Part shown: in pieces, positions 1-13,430 of the stretch
How positions within the stretch are numbered: the stretch's first letter is position 1
Layout of the letters: the number at the start of each line of letters is the position of its first letter
Source of the DNA: Chrysomallon squamiferum
Taxonomy: Eukaryota; Animalia; Mollusca
Assembly: GCA_012295275.1 (NCBI GenBank)
Contig: CM022665.1
Coordinates: forward strand, 45,260,001 to 45,324,000
DNA length: 64,000 bases
Reading direction: 5' to 3'
Program-made: the position numbers and the translations under genes
The notes under the pieces: model-generated
What the model saw: only the letters and a program-made list of their open reading frames with translations
What the model was told of the DNA's origin: nothing
The model's database searches: none

Positions 1-19
1 GTCACCGAGCATGACGATC

Positions 20-700
20 TCTGGTGTGAAGGTGTGTGTGGGTTTTTTTTGTTTGTTTTGGGAGGGTGGGGGTGTGTGTGTGAGTGTGTGGGTGGGGTGT
101 TTGTGGGGGGTGGGTGTGTGAGTGAGTGAGGGTGGGTGGGTGTGTGAATGTGTGTGTGTGTGTTTGTGTGAATGAGTGTGTGTTTGTGTACACAATGACA
201 AATGATATACAAGTCATGGATCTCTGTTGTTGTGTGTGTGTGTGTGTGTGTGTATGTGTGTCTCTGTGTGTGTGTGAATGAGTGTGTGTGTGTGTGTGTG
301 TGTGGGTGTGTCATCAAAGATCATGATGATATCTGGTATGAAGGTTTTTTTTGTTAATAATATACTTTATGTTTATATATTTGTGTGTGTGTGTGTGTCA
401 TCAAAGAACATGATGATGTGTGTGGTTGTGTGGGTGTTTTCTGTGTGTGTGTGTGTTGTGTGTGTGTGTGTGTGTCTGTGTGTGTGTGTGTGTGTGTGAT
501 CACAGAAAATGATGGTGTGTGTGTGTGTGTCTTTTTAATAACAGAATTTATGGTTAATGTTTATTTTTTTGTTGTACTTTTGTGTGTGTGTGTGTGTGTT
601 TCTGGAGGTCTTTTTATAATTTCTGTATTTGTTTGTGTGTGTGTGTATGTGTGTGTATGTGAGTCTGTTTTTTACTATGTGTGTATGTATGTGTGTATTA
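20..700. repeat. Compound (GT)n microsatellite region in JIP1 intron
   Basis: Long GT/GTG tracts interspersed with a recurring TCATCAAAGA.CATGATGAT motif. Confidence 0.9.
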
Positions 701-874
701 AATTTGAGTTGGGTATATATATATATATATGTAGCTGTAAGGGTTTATACATTACAAGATTTATTATTACCAAAAACACGTATGAAAGTACTTTATAACA
801 ACACTATTTAACAGTAGTTTTCATGTATGAAACGGTTTTAATTATCTCAGTATATTGATTTTTTTTTTTTACAG

Positions 875-955
875 GTGTAAATCTAAAAACTGGACAGAAA
901 GGAATTTTCCCTGCAATGTATGCCATAGATCTTCACTTCTTAGACGAAGACTCTG
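875..955 (+). CDS. MAPK8IP1: JIP1/MAPK8IP1-like scaffold, internal exon (end of SH3 domain); gene starts upstream of window
   Basis: tttacag acceptor, GTATGT donor. Encodes (G)VNLKTGQKGIFPAMYAIDLHFLDEDS with the SH3 G-I-F-P-x-x-Y signature. Phase 1-1, compatible with the next exon. Confidence 0.9.
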
Positions 956-1354
956 GTATGTAGCCTGAGAATTGTTGTATTCATAGCAACAAGGCAAAGG
1001 TGTATATAAAAAAAAGTAATATAAGAATATATGATTATGTGTTAAAAATGTGTGTATGTATGCATGGCTATGTGTGCTTGTGTTTGTATAAATCTTCATC
1101 ATCATCATCATCATCATTACATCATTCATTATCACAATCACATCATCATCATCACAATCATACCATCATCATCACTGTCAGTTTAATCATCATCTTCATC
1201 ATCACTGTCACGATGATCACTATCAACATCAGTGACACCCACAATCATCATCATCATCATTACCATCATCCTATTATTTTTATTTTTTGAAATTTTTGTT
1301 ATTATTTTTTATTTTTTTATTTTATGCTATTTTTATTTTTTATTTTTGTTTCAG

Positions 1355-1452
1355 ATGAAGAAGACAGTCAGAAGTTTAATCTCAAGTTTATGGGATCTGT
1401 TGAGGTGAACACTCACAAAGGTGATGATGTTCTCTGCCAGGCCATTAATAAG
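1355..1452 (+). CDS. MAPK8IP1: JIP1-like exon, start of PTB/PID domain
   Basis: tttcag acceptor, GTAAGC donor. DEEDSQKFNLKFMGSVEVNTHKGDDVLCQAINK resembles vertebrate JIP1 [26 protein letters not shown]. Confidence 0.93.
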
Positions 1453-1774
1453 GTAAGCAAATTTCTGACACTCATTTTTAGTTAACTTATAAATGTTTTA
1501 ATAAATTATCTAATTTACAATAATTTTAATAAATTATATAATTTACAATAATTTTAATCAATTAATTAATATATACACCATTTTCTCTCTTTCTTTACAA
1601 TTTTACTTTCTGTTTGTTTGTTTTATTGTTTAAAACGTTTTTTTTTACCTGTTTGTTGTTTTTTTTAAACGTTTGATACCTGTTTGTTGTTTTATTGTGA
1701 TATCTGTGTTCCTGTAACTCCATATATCTTCCTTTACTTTTATTATGTTTGTTTATTTATGTTTTTTTTATTTA

Positions 1775-1813
<39 letters not shown>

Positions 1814-2231
1814 CATCATCATTATTGTTATTGTTATTGTTCTTATGATGATTATGATGATGATTATTATCATTAGTTCATTAGTTTATTATTACCAATC
1901 AGTATCATGATTATTATTACATTATTATGATTATTATTATTATTATTGCTTTTTATTATTATTATTATTATGATCATCACTATCATTATCATTCATTATC
2001 ATCATTATGATTGTCATCATCATTATCACTATAGTTATCATCATTATGATTATTATCATCTTCATCATCTTCATGATCATCACTATCATTATCATCATCA
2101 TTATGATTATTATTATCATAATTATCATCTTCATGATCATCTATCATTATCATCATTATATTATTATCATCATCATCATCATCATAATCATCATCACTAT
2201 TACTATTATCATCATCATCATCATTATTATG

Positions 2232-2276
<45 letters not shown>

Positions 2277-2300
2277 GTTGTTGCTGCTGCTGTTGTTGCA
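1775..2300. repeat. Compound (ATT)n/(ATC)n trinucleotide microsatellite
   Basis: Directly visible. Similar tracts occur at 1095-1270, 3590-3875 and many other sites. Confidence 0.95.
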
Positions 2301-2301
2301 G

Positions 2302-2406
2302 GTAGCATTGACACGTCGTACCACAATCAATGATCTTCCTCCACCGATGTGTACAATTGAGGTCAGTCAGTACGGAATCCGCATGGTGGAACACAGCAAA
2401 GACGGG
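2302..2406 (+). CDS. MAPK8IP1: JIP1-like exon, PTB domain
   Basis: ttgcag acceptor, GTACGT donor. VALTRRTTINDLPPPMCTIEVSQYGIRMVEHSKDG; 105 nt, phase 0-0. Confidence 0.9.
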
Positions 2407-2812
2407 GTACGTCATCTTGTAAACTTTGTTTTCAGTCTGAACTAAACTCTCATCATGCAGTCAGCTTAGTATGTGTATCTAGAATACATGTATATATATA
2501 CCAGCCCAGTGGTATGACAGTCTCCTTGATTTGTATGTCCCACCCCCAAAGACTCAAGTGTAAGGCCTGGTATTGAGAAGTGTTATGAGAAAGGAAGATA
2601 TTTTGAATACTTAGACACAGATGAAATATAAAATAAAACACTATTTATTTGATTTAAATATAAAGCAACTGAATGTATTAAGTTCTTTTCTCTGATTGGA
2701 TGCCCCAGCTCTACACACCAGTGCACCAGCCCTACAACATTTGTGACTTATCAAGAATGTAATATCAAAGAGATTATTATTTTGTTGTGTTCAAAGTGAC
2801 AATTGTATAGAG

Positions 2813-2915
2813 TTAAAGGCACGATACTTTATGCAATTTTGATTGATTTTGGTTAGTTCCCATCACTGCCATATCACCATGTTATTTAAATGTACTTGGA
2901 GACCCTAGCCTTTAA
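2813..2915. mobile_element. Possible short non-autonomous DNA transposon remnant with TTAA ends (Kolobok/piggyBac-type)
   Basis: TTAAAGGC...GCCTTTAA inverted termini. The internal motif (reverse complement ATGGGAACTAACCAAA) resembles ATGGAGACTAACCAAA in a similarly terminated segment at about 12468-12738. Confidence 0.3.
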
Positions 2916-3301
2916 AATTATTTTAAAAGGTATTAAAAAAAAAAGAAGAAAAAGAAATCCACCATTTTGGTATCGAAAGGATGATAAATAATTATGATTT
3001 ATTGTTATTGCAGGGCTAACTGCTCACTTTTGTCCTGGTGTACTGTTTTAAATAAAATATAAAAACTGAATTGGTTAGATATCTAATTCATAGAATTTTA
3101 AGATAATTTTAAAATAGAGAATTGATTAGATATTTATTTGACAAATCTTAAGAGAAATTTTACACAAAAAATCAATAAAAATAAAAATCTCTTCTGAGTA
3201 CATTTAAAATAATTATTACAATAATGTGGGGAAGGGAAGTAACTCTGATACATTTTAAAATGTTAACATTTATTATTATTATTATTATTTTTTTTTTTCA
3301 G

Positions 3302-3378
3302 TATGCCTCTGATTTACCATCTCACTTCTTTGCACTAAAGCACATTTCATACTGTGGAACTCACCCAAGAAATGACAA
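3302..3378 (+). CDS. MAPK8IP1: JIP1-like exon, PTB domain
   Basis: tttcag acceptor, GTAAGT donor. YASDLPSHFFALKHISYCGTHPRND(K) resembles JIP1 [20 protein letters not shown]. Confidence 0.93.
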
Positions 3379-3980
3379 GTAAGTAAACATCTAATGCACA
3401 TTATTCTACTTATTTCTTAAAATAACAATAATATATACATACTCATTCCAGATTATGGTAATTTTACAGAGACGGTTTAAATATAAAAACGTTTTTTTAT
3501 TCATAAATTATGTAAATGGCACATTATGTATATATTTGAGAATTCTTTTGATAATACTAATAGTAGTAATACTATGCAACAACAACTACAATAATAATAA
3601 TAAAGTGTTATTATTATTAACATTATTATTATTACTGTCATTGTTATTGTTATTGTTATTGTTATCATTATTATTATTATTATTGTTGTTGTTGTTATTG
3701 TTATTGTTTTTGTTATTATTATTATTAACATTATTATTATTATTACTATCATTGTTATTGTTACTATTATTATCATTATCATTATCATTATTGTTATTAT
3801 TATTATTATTATTGTTATTGTTATTGTTATTGTTATTATTATTATTATTATTATTATCATCATTATCATCATTATCACCCTCATTTAGATTTTCTAACTT
3901 TTGGATTTCTTCAAGATATTGCAATGAACTGAACGTTACCACAGACCTGTATTTATAACAAGCTGTTCTTCATTTTTCAG

Positions 3981-4079
3981 GTATTTTGCATTTATTACTA
4001 AGCATCCCAAAGATTACAGGTTCGCCTGTCATGTTTTTCTCGGAGAACGGACAACTCGTGCAGTCAATGATGCTCTCAG
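3981..4079 (+). CDS. MAPK8IP1: JIP1-like exon, PTB domain
   Basis: ttttcag acceptor, GTTAGT donor. YFAFITKHPKDYRFACHVFLGERTTRAVNDAL(S) resembles JIP1 YFGFITKHPADHRFACHVF. Confidence 0.94.
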
Positions 4080-4442
4080 GTTAGTAAGCAAGGAATTGTG
4101 GGATACATTAGCTGGAGACTAATTGATACTATATGTGTGAGAATTACTTTAAAATTATTGGATTCATGAGCTAGAGATTTTATATCTGTGAAAGGTGTTT
4201 TTAGAATGATGTTTCTTGGGTTATTTCACAAAGAATTGTGGGAAATATTTGTCAGGAGTCTTATATTTGAAGAGACATTTTGTGATGCTTTTTTTATCAT
4301 TTAATTATTGAAAAAGAAACAGGTTGTAAAATAAATATATGCATTAATGTTAGTTAATTAATTCATTCATTCAATAATTCATTTATTTATTTATTTATTT
4401 ATTCTTTTTTATTTATTTATTTATTTATTTATTATTTACTCA

Positions 4443-4478
<36 letters not shown>

Positions 4479-4654
4479 TTTTACTTATTTACTTTCTTAA
4501 TTAAATATTTATTTAATTTATTTTTTTGTTTGTTTGTTTGTTAGTTTAGTTAATTATTAATTAATTAATATTTTATTTTTTTTTTTTTTTTTTTTTTTTT
4601 TAGTATATCTGTTTATTTGTTTACTTACTTATATATTTACTTAAATATTTCCAG

Positions 4655-4727
4655 TGTTTCATTCAAGAGGTTCTACCAGGAGTACATGGCTTTTACACAT
4701 CCAACTGAGGATATCTACATTGAATGA
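4655..4727 (+). CDS. MAPK8IP1: JIP1-like terminal coding exon with Y-acidic kinesin-light-chain-binding C-terminus
   Basis: tttccag acceptor. VSFKRFYQEYMAFTHPTEDIYIE-TGA; vertebrate JIP1 ends PTEDIYLE. Confidence 0.95.
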
Positions 4728-4929
4728 CACCAGACTTGAATTTTAGTTTCAGACGTCACATCAGTTAGAAATTAATCTCCAAGTTTATCTCTTAAAAGGT
4801 TTAAGCCTTTCTTGTAATGTACATGTTACAATCCACCATCACATCAGTTACTTGTTGTAATATCTTCAGTAATAACTCATGAAGGAATTTAAAACAGAAT
4901 TACGAAGTCCCGTCTGCTTCTAATTGTCG

Positions 4930-5315
4930 AGAATGATTTCTAAACAACAAGCTGTGTGTTAGATAATGGCTCCAAGTTGTTATTCATAGAATAAATATAT
5001 ATACAACTCAGAAATGATTTCTAAACAACAAATAATATATTACAACACAATTCTGAGTTGTTATTCATCAAAACTATAAAAACTAAAAAAATGATTTCTG
5101 CACAACAAGTTGTGTATATTATAAAACAGTTCTGAGTTGATATTAATCAAAAATACACAAACTCAAAAATGGTTTCTACACAACAAGTTGTGTATAATCC
5201 AACTCAGCTCTGAGTTTTTGTTTGTAGAACAATATAAACACTCAGAAATGATTTCTATACAACAAATTATATATTACAACACAATTTCGAATTGTTATTA
5301 ACAGAAATATATAAA
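4930..5315. repeat. About 78-bp tandem repeat, about 5 copies, with internal inverted repeats, in the presumed JIP1 3'UTR
   Basis: ATGATTTCT-type cores at 4933, 5014, 5091, 5169 and 5248, each followed by ACAACAA and later (T)TCTGAGTTG-like motifs. Confidence 0.8.
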
Positions 5316-8300
5316 AAAAAAAAAAAAAAAAAAAATTAGAAATGATTGCAACATCAGCAATTAGAACACAACATCATCAATGAGATGACACTACTTCTTC
5401 GACAATGGCTGCTGTCAAAATGAATTACTGCTACAACAATGGCTATTGTCTGACATACATTTCAAAATGAAATACTGCCAACATGGAAAAGAAATATGGT
5501 TGAAAACATTACTCTGGAAGCAAAGTATTATGGGAGCAATAAAACTATCATAAGACTTCAGGAATTGTGGGATATATGTATTATCATGGGAATGTGAGAA
5601 ATATGGGATACATGTTACTGAACAAAATCACAATCATATTAGTTAGGGGAGTGTGGACATGTTTAGCTAGTCTTTGTGGGATACAGTGTACATAGCTGGG
5701 AATTGTGGGATATTTTGTTCTGCCATTCAACTACTTAAAGTGAAAAATGTACTGTTATATTATTATTTTGTTTTCTGTCACAAAGCATGTGTATCATATG
5801 ACCATCTTTAAATATGACATGATAAATATAATTATTTAATTCTTGCTCAGAGGTCAGGTGTTTGACCTTGACTTTAGAAACAGATGCTACCATGTTTTAA
5901 CGGTGATTATATATAATTTACCTGTTGTGTCTGATCAGAAATTGTTTTTGTCAACATGAAAATGTTATAATGTGAAATATGCTTTCATTGTGATGTTAAC
6001 ATAAAGTTGATGTGGGTCAGAGTGAATATAAAACGTAATCAAAACCATAATGAAAATTAATGTGACAATATATGACCTATGATTTTATTTTCATTGACTT
6101 ATATGCCTCATTATTATATATATAAATATATCTTAAAGTAACTTAAAGTATTTTAGTTAATTCCATTTGAAAACTCTTTTTTTTTTTTTAATCATTCTTG
6201 TAAAAACATCAAAATTATTACTAAAACATTAATCTCATTTACATTAACTAAATTATATGTAACTAGTGACATATTACCAAATAATCATTAATTAGATACA
6301 TTTACAAAATAAATGATTTCAATATTTATTTATTTATTTATTTATTTTTTTTTATTTATTTAATTAGGTGTTTTTTTTAATTAGGCAGCTGCAGAACTGG
6401 TTCATGTAGACTGATTTTTCAAAATATGTTACACTTTATCTTATTAGATAGTATTACATCTTGGTGTGTAACAGTGTACCAGTCTGATTTTACAACTGAA
6501 AATACCAGACTGTGATGCAAAATATACACCATTGTTAAATATTTTCTTTCCTTTCTTCTTCTTTTAATTTTAAAGGAGATATATTAAATAAAGTTTAATG
6601 ATCATTTAAAAATATGTATTAAGGTATGTATAAAAAAAAATATATATAAAAAAAAAAAAAAAAAAAATAAATAAATATCTAGACTATTACTGTATTAGTA
6701 ATTTTGTCAAATCATTTCATTTTTTTCAAAATTAATTCTTATTTATTCCTGAATTCTTCTGTACATATTCTTGAATTATTAGATATTACTGGTTTGATTT
6801 TCTTCTCCGAATTCTAACAAATTAAAGAATTTTGTCTATTATCGAATTATTGCATGTTGGCGAATGTTAATTCTATTGCTGCAAAACAATGCATCATGTA
6901 TAAAACTGAGATATATGTAAAATGTAAATACTAAAATCTCATGTACAGTGATGTTGATATTTTTGTTGATGCTTGTTGATGAATTGATTTTACGAGTTGA
7001 TGTTTAATCTGTGTTTGAAGTGTCCCTCTGTGATTTGTTGTTGATGCTTTCTGCAAGTAATTTTCAAATTTTAATTTTTCTGAGCAAAATGTGTATATGA
7101 AAAAATGGCCAAAATACATTTAATGTAATTCAAAATAACTGTTTTTTACTAATACTTGCATCCACACTTGGCTAATAATAAAGTATGATAATAAAATAAC
7201 AAACTGGTAATGAGTATTTTTCTTTTACTGTAATGAGTAAATTATTATTTTTTTTAAGTTAATAATTGAGAAAAAAACCCACAACAAATTAAAAATAAAA
7301 TAAAAAAAACAATCAAACAAAAACAAAAATCATTGATTTTTGTAGATTCTCTGTAAGAGATAATTTGATTAAAAAAAAAAATTAACTTTCTTACATCCTT
7401 GTTTATTATTTTTATGTCAAGTTGCTTTATTATTAATAAATATTGGATGCCATTATCCAGTTGAAATTGCTGTTTCACTGTGATACTTTATTATCAGCAA
7501 AGACTGGATCGAAGTACCAAATCAAACAATCAACTGAAGAGCATATAAAATGTATTTAAGCAATTTTTTTTTTACCAGCTTGGGTCCACTGTTGATTAAA
7601 TTTACATAGAATCTATTTGCTGGAGTATTTTTTCACTTTGTTTATTTTTGTTATTTTTATTTTATTTGAATCTATTAAAACTGCACTTTGCAAGTCTTTC
7701 ACAAGCTTTTATCAGATCACTAACATTTGTTTTCTGTTGTTTGTTTATTGTTTTTTTCTACCTTGTTAACAATTGGTGTTCACCAGTGTAATAAAATTTA
7801 TGTTATGTTTGCTTTTAACTGTTCCAAATGTTGGCTGTGAATGCTTTGATATGCATTATGTCTGTAAATATAAATTTGTTGACATTTTGAACAGTAACTG
7901 ATTAAGAACAAAACAGCAACAAAATAAGAGATTTTCCTGTAATTATTCTTTTCTGAACCTGTGTGTTGTGATTTTGTCTTCTTATCATAGTTTTAAAATT
8001 ATGTTAATATCATTTAAAAAAAAAAAAAAAATTAATAATCAAAATATAAGCATGTAATTGATTACAATTTATTTTGCAAAACGTGTATTAGTTAATCTTA
8101 AATAAAACATTTATTTTACTCACTTTGAAAAAAAACTGGAGTTTTAATTATTTCAATATAACTAATATAACTTTAATTATTTTGGACTGTTCTTTCCCTT
8201 CATAAGCCAAGGCATACTATATAATTAAAGATAAAAATAAATAAAGAAAATAAACGAAGAGAAAAACTTTAATTAAAATGAAAAATAAAAATAACTTAAT

Positions 8301-11077
8301 TATCTGTATTCTGCAAGATAAATGTTACATAGATATCTCTGTATTTGGGAATCTGAAAAACTAATGAAATTTATTTTCACAACTTGCACAGATTACAGCA
8401 ACATATATTTTTATTTTTTACCCAAGGTTTTGTATATCCTCTGTGTTTCTTTTCCCCTCAAGATATGTAAAAAAGCAAGAGTATCTTCTTCTAAAAAGTC
8501 TTTTTGCTGTATAGCGAGTGCATTGTTCAAAGCTGTTATTTAAACTGTAAGTAACATGTAAATATATTAAAAAGCTCATGAGAATAAAACAAAACAAAAA
8601 AATTGAAAAACAAAATATATTTTTGTTGTTTTCTGATTTTCTTTTTAAGCTTCAGCAAAGATTTTAAGATTTCTATACACATTTTATTAACTATTTCCAG
8701 TTCTTGACAGAGCTCCTTGACTTTCATTCTGTATAACATTTCTGAATGTAATCTTAAGAGTTATTTTCCATTCCTGATCTGTCCTGTATCCTGACCAATT
8801 CTGGATAGCCACTCAAATAAATCATAAATCTTATTAAATTCTGATGTTTGATTTTATAATTAACAGGAAACCACCTACCACAAACTTTTTCATGGCCATA
8901 TTTAACAAAACTGGTTATACAAGTCCTTCCTTCCAATAAACCCTAACACAAAACAAAACAAAACAACAACAAACAATAAACAATTTAATTGTGGACAATA
9001 TCATTTTATTAGCAGTTAACTGAACAAGACAAAAATGAAAAAGAAAAATTTATATACAAATATACAAAATTTGTTTTGTGCAGACCTTGTATTACCAGAA
9101 ACGCAACAAGCTTTGTAGATGCTTCCATAAAGTTATATTTAACACAATCATATAGAATATAAATACATGTGATGACATTTTTCCTGTTTATAAGTCAAAA
9201 ATATTAAAAATTAAAAAACAAAATATACCTGTACATGCAACATAGGTGTGAAAACACTTACCTGAAGATATCACTTAATTTGTCTATGAATAGAGGAATC
9301 AAACAATGTATTTATTATTTCCAATTACCTGGGCACTGAAAGCTGCTTTAAAAATTCGTCAGAATACTGTAAGTGTATTGTTCTGCCAAGTTTAAGTTAT
9401 TGTTTTTCTCTGATAGGTTTAAAACAATAAGGTACGGACAGATTAAAAGCAAAATGTTAATAAAATATAAATATTTATATAAAAACAAATAGAAGAAGAT
9501 CAATGAAATGACTTTAAAAAGAAACAAGATTAAATAATTTATGGCTTACTTATTTGTCCCCTTTTGGGCCAGTAGTGAATATTTTATCAAACATGATTTA
9601 ATGTTGTGGATAAACTGAAAAATACCAAACAGACCCAGTGAAGACTAATTTCAGTAGACTTTGCTTTGGATGTCTAAGTTTAAAAAAAATAACAATAATA
9701 ATAAAATAAAATAAATAAAAAAATTATCTCTTATTTATGTTAATGAAAATTACATCTTCTAAGCATTTCATTTATTCGTTATTCTAGTTTCAAGTTATCT
9801 GTTTCTATCACAAAAATTCAAAATTGCAAATGTAAAAAAATATAATGAAATAGTAACTATATTATAATATTTTTTTAATAAACAATATTAAAAAAAAAAT
9901 AAAAAGATAATAAGAAAAACTAAGCAAAATACAAATTAAAAATGAAGTAAAAAATTTCAGGTTAAATACTTTTAAATCAAACAAAAATAAATAATATGTG
10001 GTTTTACAGCTTTTTGTGTATATTCCAAATGTAAACATTAATAAAAGAATTGAATATACAAAATTTTTATTATTATTTATTTTTAAAAAGAGAGATAGAG
10101 AGAAAATTTACATGTATATTCACAACATCAATAAGACACACACATATATAATTTCTTAATTTCAACACATAGCTTAGCCTAACATCTCTGAGTACACAGT
10201 TTGTATTTACTATTACAGCAATTTAAATTTTTATTCAGCACTGTCATACTTTTCTGTGAGAAGTAATCAAAATTAATTTTAGGTTGACAGACTCGATTCT
10301 AAAACACAATTAAAAAAATATAATTTAATTTTTATTTTTACTATATAGTAATCAACAAATTATCTGAGAAATTATACCAAAGATACAATTAAATGAACCT
10401 TCACAATACAAAAAAAAAAACCATTAAAAATAAATTTTGAAACAAATAGAAATAAATATTAATTTAATAATACCACAGAGTTCATATATTTTATTTTTCA
10501 ACTATTATTTGACTACCTATATATTGTTTTGTTTTTTCATGTGCAACCTTGACAGTCAATATTATAATACAATATAATTTTCTTTATTAATTTTGTTCTT
10601 TTTACACTATACTCTCTATCTAACTAATGGCTAGTGACAAAAAAATTATAAAAAAATTAAACATTATGGAATGTAAATCATTATACATTAAAAAGAGCAT
10701 AAATAATGATAATAAATAAATAAATATTCCTATGTACACAACACACAAATTTACCAGTCCTGACTGGTTAATTTAAATATCTTGATTTGTTTTGTCTTTC
10801 TCAAAACGAGACTCAATTTGAAAACCACCACAATCATGTTAGTGTAATATTCCAAGGGAAATAACTCTTACTAATACTGAGATAACCAGTCATTGCAATT
10901 CTGGGCTTAGAGTATTTTTTTTTTTTTTTTTTTTTTTTACATTTTTGATAGAGAAATGCCCCCAAAAAAGGTTTTAAAAAAATGTAAACTGCCCTCTGTT
11001 AAAATTAATTAACATTAACTAACATTAATTAACACTAACAGTCAGATATAGAAATACTGGCTGGTTGTTAAGATGAC

Positions 11078-11239
11078 TCAGTTCAACATGGAATGTCTGT
11101 CGTAAATATTTCGTCTCTGCTCCTGAACTGTTCCCTTCCAACGCTGCTGTTCATCAGTGACACGGTTCAGGATTGAACGCTGACGTAGTAGTTGTGCTGC
11201 AGTCTCCATCTGAGGCAGTCTCCGTGCAGACAGGTCCTC
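11078..11239 (-). CDS. TMEM9: TMEM9-family exon 5 (terminal)
   Basis: tttccag acceptor. EDLSARRLPQMETAAQLLRQRSILNRVTDEQQRWKGTVQEQRRNIYDRHSMLN-TGA matches the TMEM9/9B ending QQRWKLQVQEQRKTVFDRHKMLS. Confidence 0.94.
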   Translation of the reverse strand, partial: EDLSARRLPQMETAAQLLRQRSILNRVTDEQQRWKGTVQEQRRNIYDRHSMLN

Positions 11240-11408
11240 CTGGAAAACACAAGATACATCATCAAAGATTTCAGTTTATTTACACAGAGAGACAGACAGA
11301 CAGACAGAACAGAAGGAAAAACAGATGAAACGACTGAAATAGAGAAAACCAGAGAGACAGTCACCTATAAATACAGACAGATTGATAGATATAGATAGAT
11401 AGATAGAT

Positions 11409-11440
<32 letters not shown>

Positions 11441-13147
11441 GTAGTAGTTTGAGAGGTAAGATAGATAAGACAGACATCTGCAGACATGTTGCAATTTTCT
11501 GGAAAAAATCTATCAACTGAAATGAACTTTCTTAACCACAAAGTTAATTAAAAATAAAACTGATGAAATAAGTATAATATAAACAAATAAAAAAAAACTT
11601 TTTTTTTTTTTTAAATTTCAAACTTAAGAACTGAAACTGAATTATTAAATGCTGTTAATTTAAATGTTATTTCTTAATTTCTTTTTTAACAACATTAAAA
11701 CATATTTAAAAAATCTACTTCTTATGCAGTATTACTTTCACATATGCAAAAATTTCTAAACAGTTTAATGCAACGATTCACATTTTATTTAATGTTTAAA
11801 AACAATTCAAGTTTTTAAGTTTTTATTTTACATCTGAAACATATTATACATACAATTATATAATACACAAATTTATAAGAATTAATTTTTAGTCTTGTTA
11901 ATGTTATGCATTAATTTCACAGTTATAAGTGTTATTATTATTATTATTTTAAATTTATAAATATTTAGATATAGCAGGCAGGCTATTGTAATTTGTTTAT
12001 TTTGTTGTTGGTTATTCACTTTTTAAAAAAAACACACCTAGAAGCCAATTTTAATTCAAAATGCACTAGTATGCATATATTTCAGCCAAATGCAACCCAA
12101 TATCATGCTACAGAGATTTGTATAAGTAAACAGCCAAGCCATAAATATAACAGTTTACGACAAAAAAAAAAAAGAAAAAAAAAGACAAAAGTTAAAAAAA
12201 GAATTCTACGAGCAGGAAACACATTCTCAAATAACAATTGTTTTGTATTTAAAAAAACTGTGAAACCATTTAACAATGAGAGATATGGACATGCAGTTTT
12301 CAACAAAAACTCATATTCTATTTTAATACAGAGAGAGAGAAAAAAAAAAAGACATTGTTTTCTCTCATATCCACTTACACATTCATTTATACACTTTCTT
12401 GTTTACCAAAGCACAATGTACAGTTATAATATTTATTATAATCACACAGTTAGATACTGCATGCATTCTAAAGGTTAATTTTAAAAAAACGAACGTGTTT
12501 ATTTAACTTTTAAAACCTTTCACGACGTTAATTTTTGTTAAACATGGAGACTAACCAAAGCTCTAGATTATTCCCTAAGGTTATTAATCTAAGCTATTAT
12601 CTTCAGACTGTTTATCTTCCTTTTGTTTATTTCTCCACTGACTTTTTACCTTGTGATGCAAATCGTATCAAATGATAACAGAACAACAAATTACGAAATA
12701 AAGATAACACTTAACAAAAGCAAAAACGTAAGCCTTTAAAAGTTAAAGAGCAAACATTAGGAGCTTAGATGGTTAAAATTATACCACAGATATCATATAT
12801 CACTATTTTGTTGTGTATCTAAATATCCTCATACCCAAGATTATTACATCCTGGATATTTTATGACCATAATTATATTTTTACTCTCCATACAATCACCC
12901 CTGTTATCTAAACAGTCATAACCTAAATATATTTTATAATAAACTTATCTTTTAGCCAATATGCAATCACATTAAAAAACAAACGTCACACCAAAGATAT
13001 ATTATTCAAACCTAAGAAGTAAATTACTGGCTTGGAACAAAAAAGTACGTAGCATTTCTGAAGCAAAATTCAAAGGCGATGTTTACACATTTCTGCACGG
13101 ATTTATTCAATCACATAAGTGCCCATTTTGTTCCATTTCTGAGGCAG

Positions 13148-13290
13148 CTTCATGGTTCCATCCTCCCAGAATGCAACATCTTAATGGATGACAAAACGTC
13201 TAAATGCTACATACTTTTCTTCATGGTTCCATCCTCCCAGAATGCAACATCTTAATGGATGACAAAACGTCTAATTCAGTAAATGCTACA
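13148..13290. repeat. Direct duplication, period 71 bp, in TMEM9 intron 4
   Basis: CTTCATGGTTCCATCCTCCCAGAATGCAACATCTTAATGGATGACAAAACGTCTAA occurs at 13148 and 13219. Confidence 0.9.
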
Positions 13291-13430
13291 CGCTTTTCTG
13301 TTCCAGCTGAATACAAAACGGACTTAATTAGCTACACATTAGATCAGAGAGCTGAAGAAACGAAGCACAGAGGGTTAGTGTGTTAGTAAGTTTTGTTAAG
13401 AAAAAGCTGCCACCAGCCAAGGATTGTTAC

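Noticed and set aside
3014-3037. Possible JIP1 microexon after ttattgcag
   Set aside because: In-frame TAA at the second codon and a poor donor.
1943-3958. Poly-Ile, poly-Asn, poly-Leu and poly-His ORFs
   Set aside because: Trinucleotide microsatellites within JIP1 introns.
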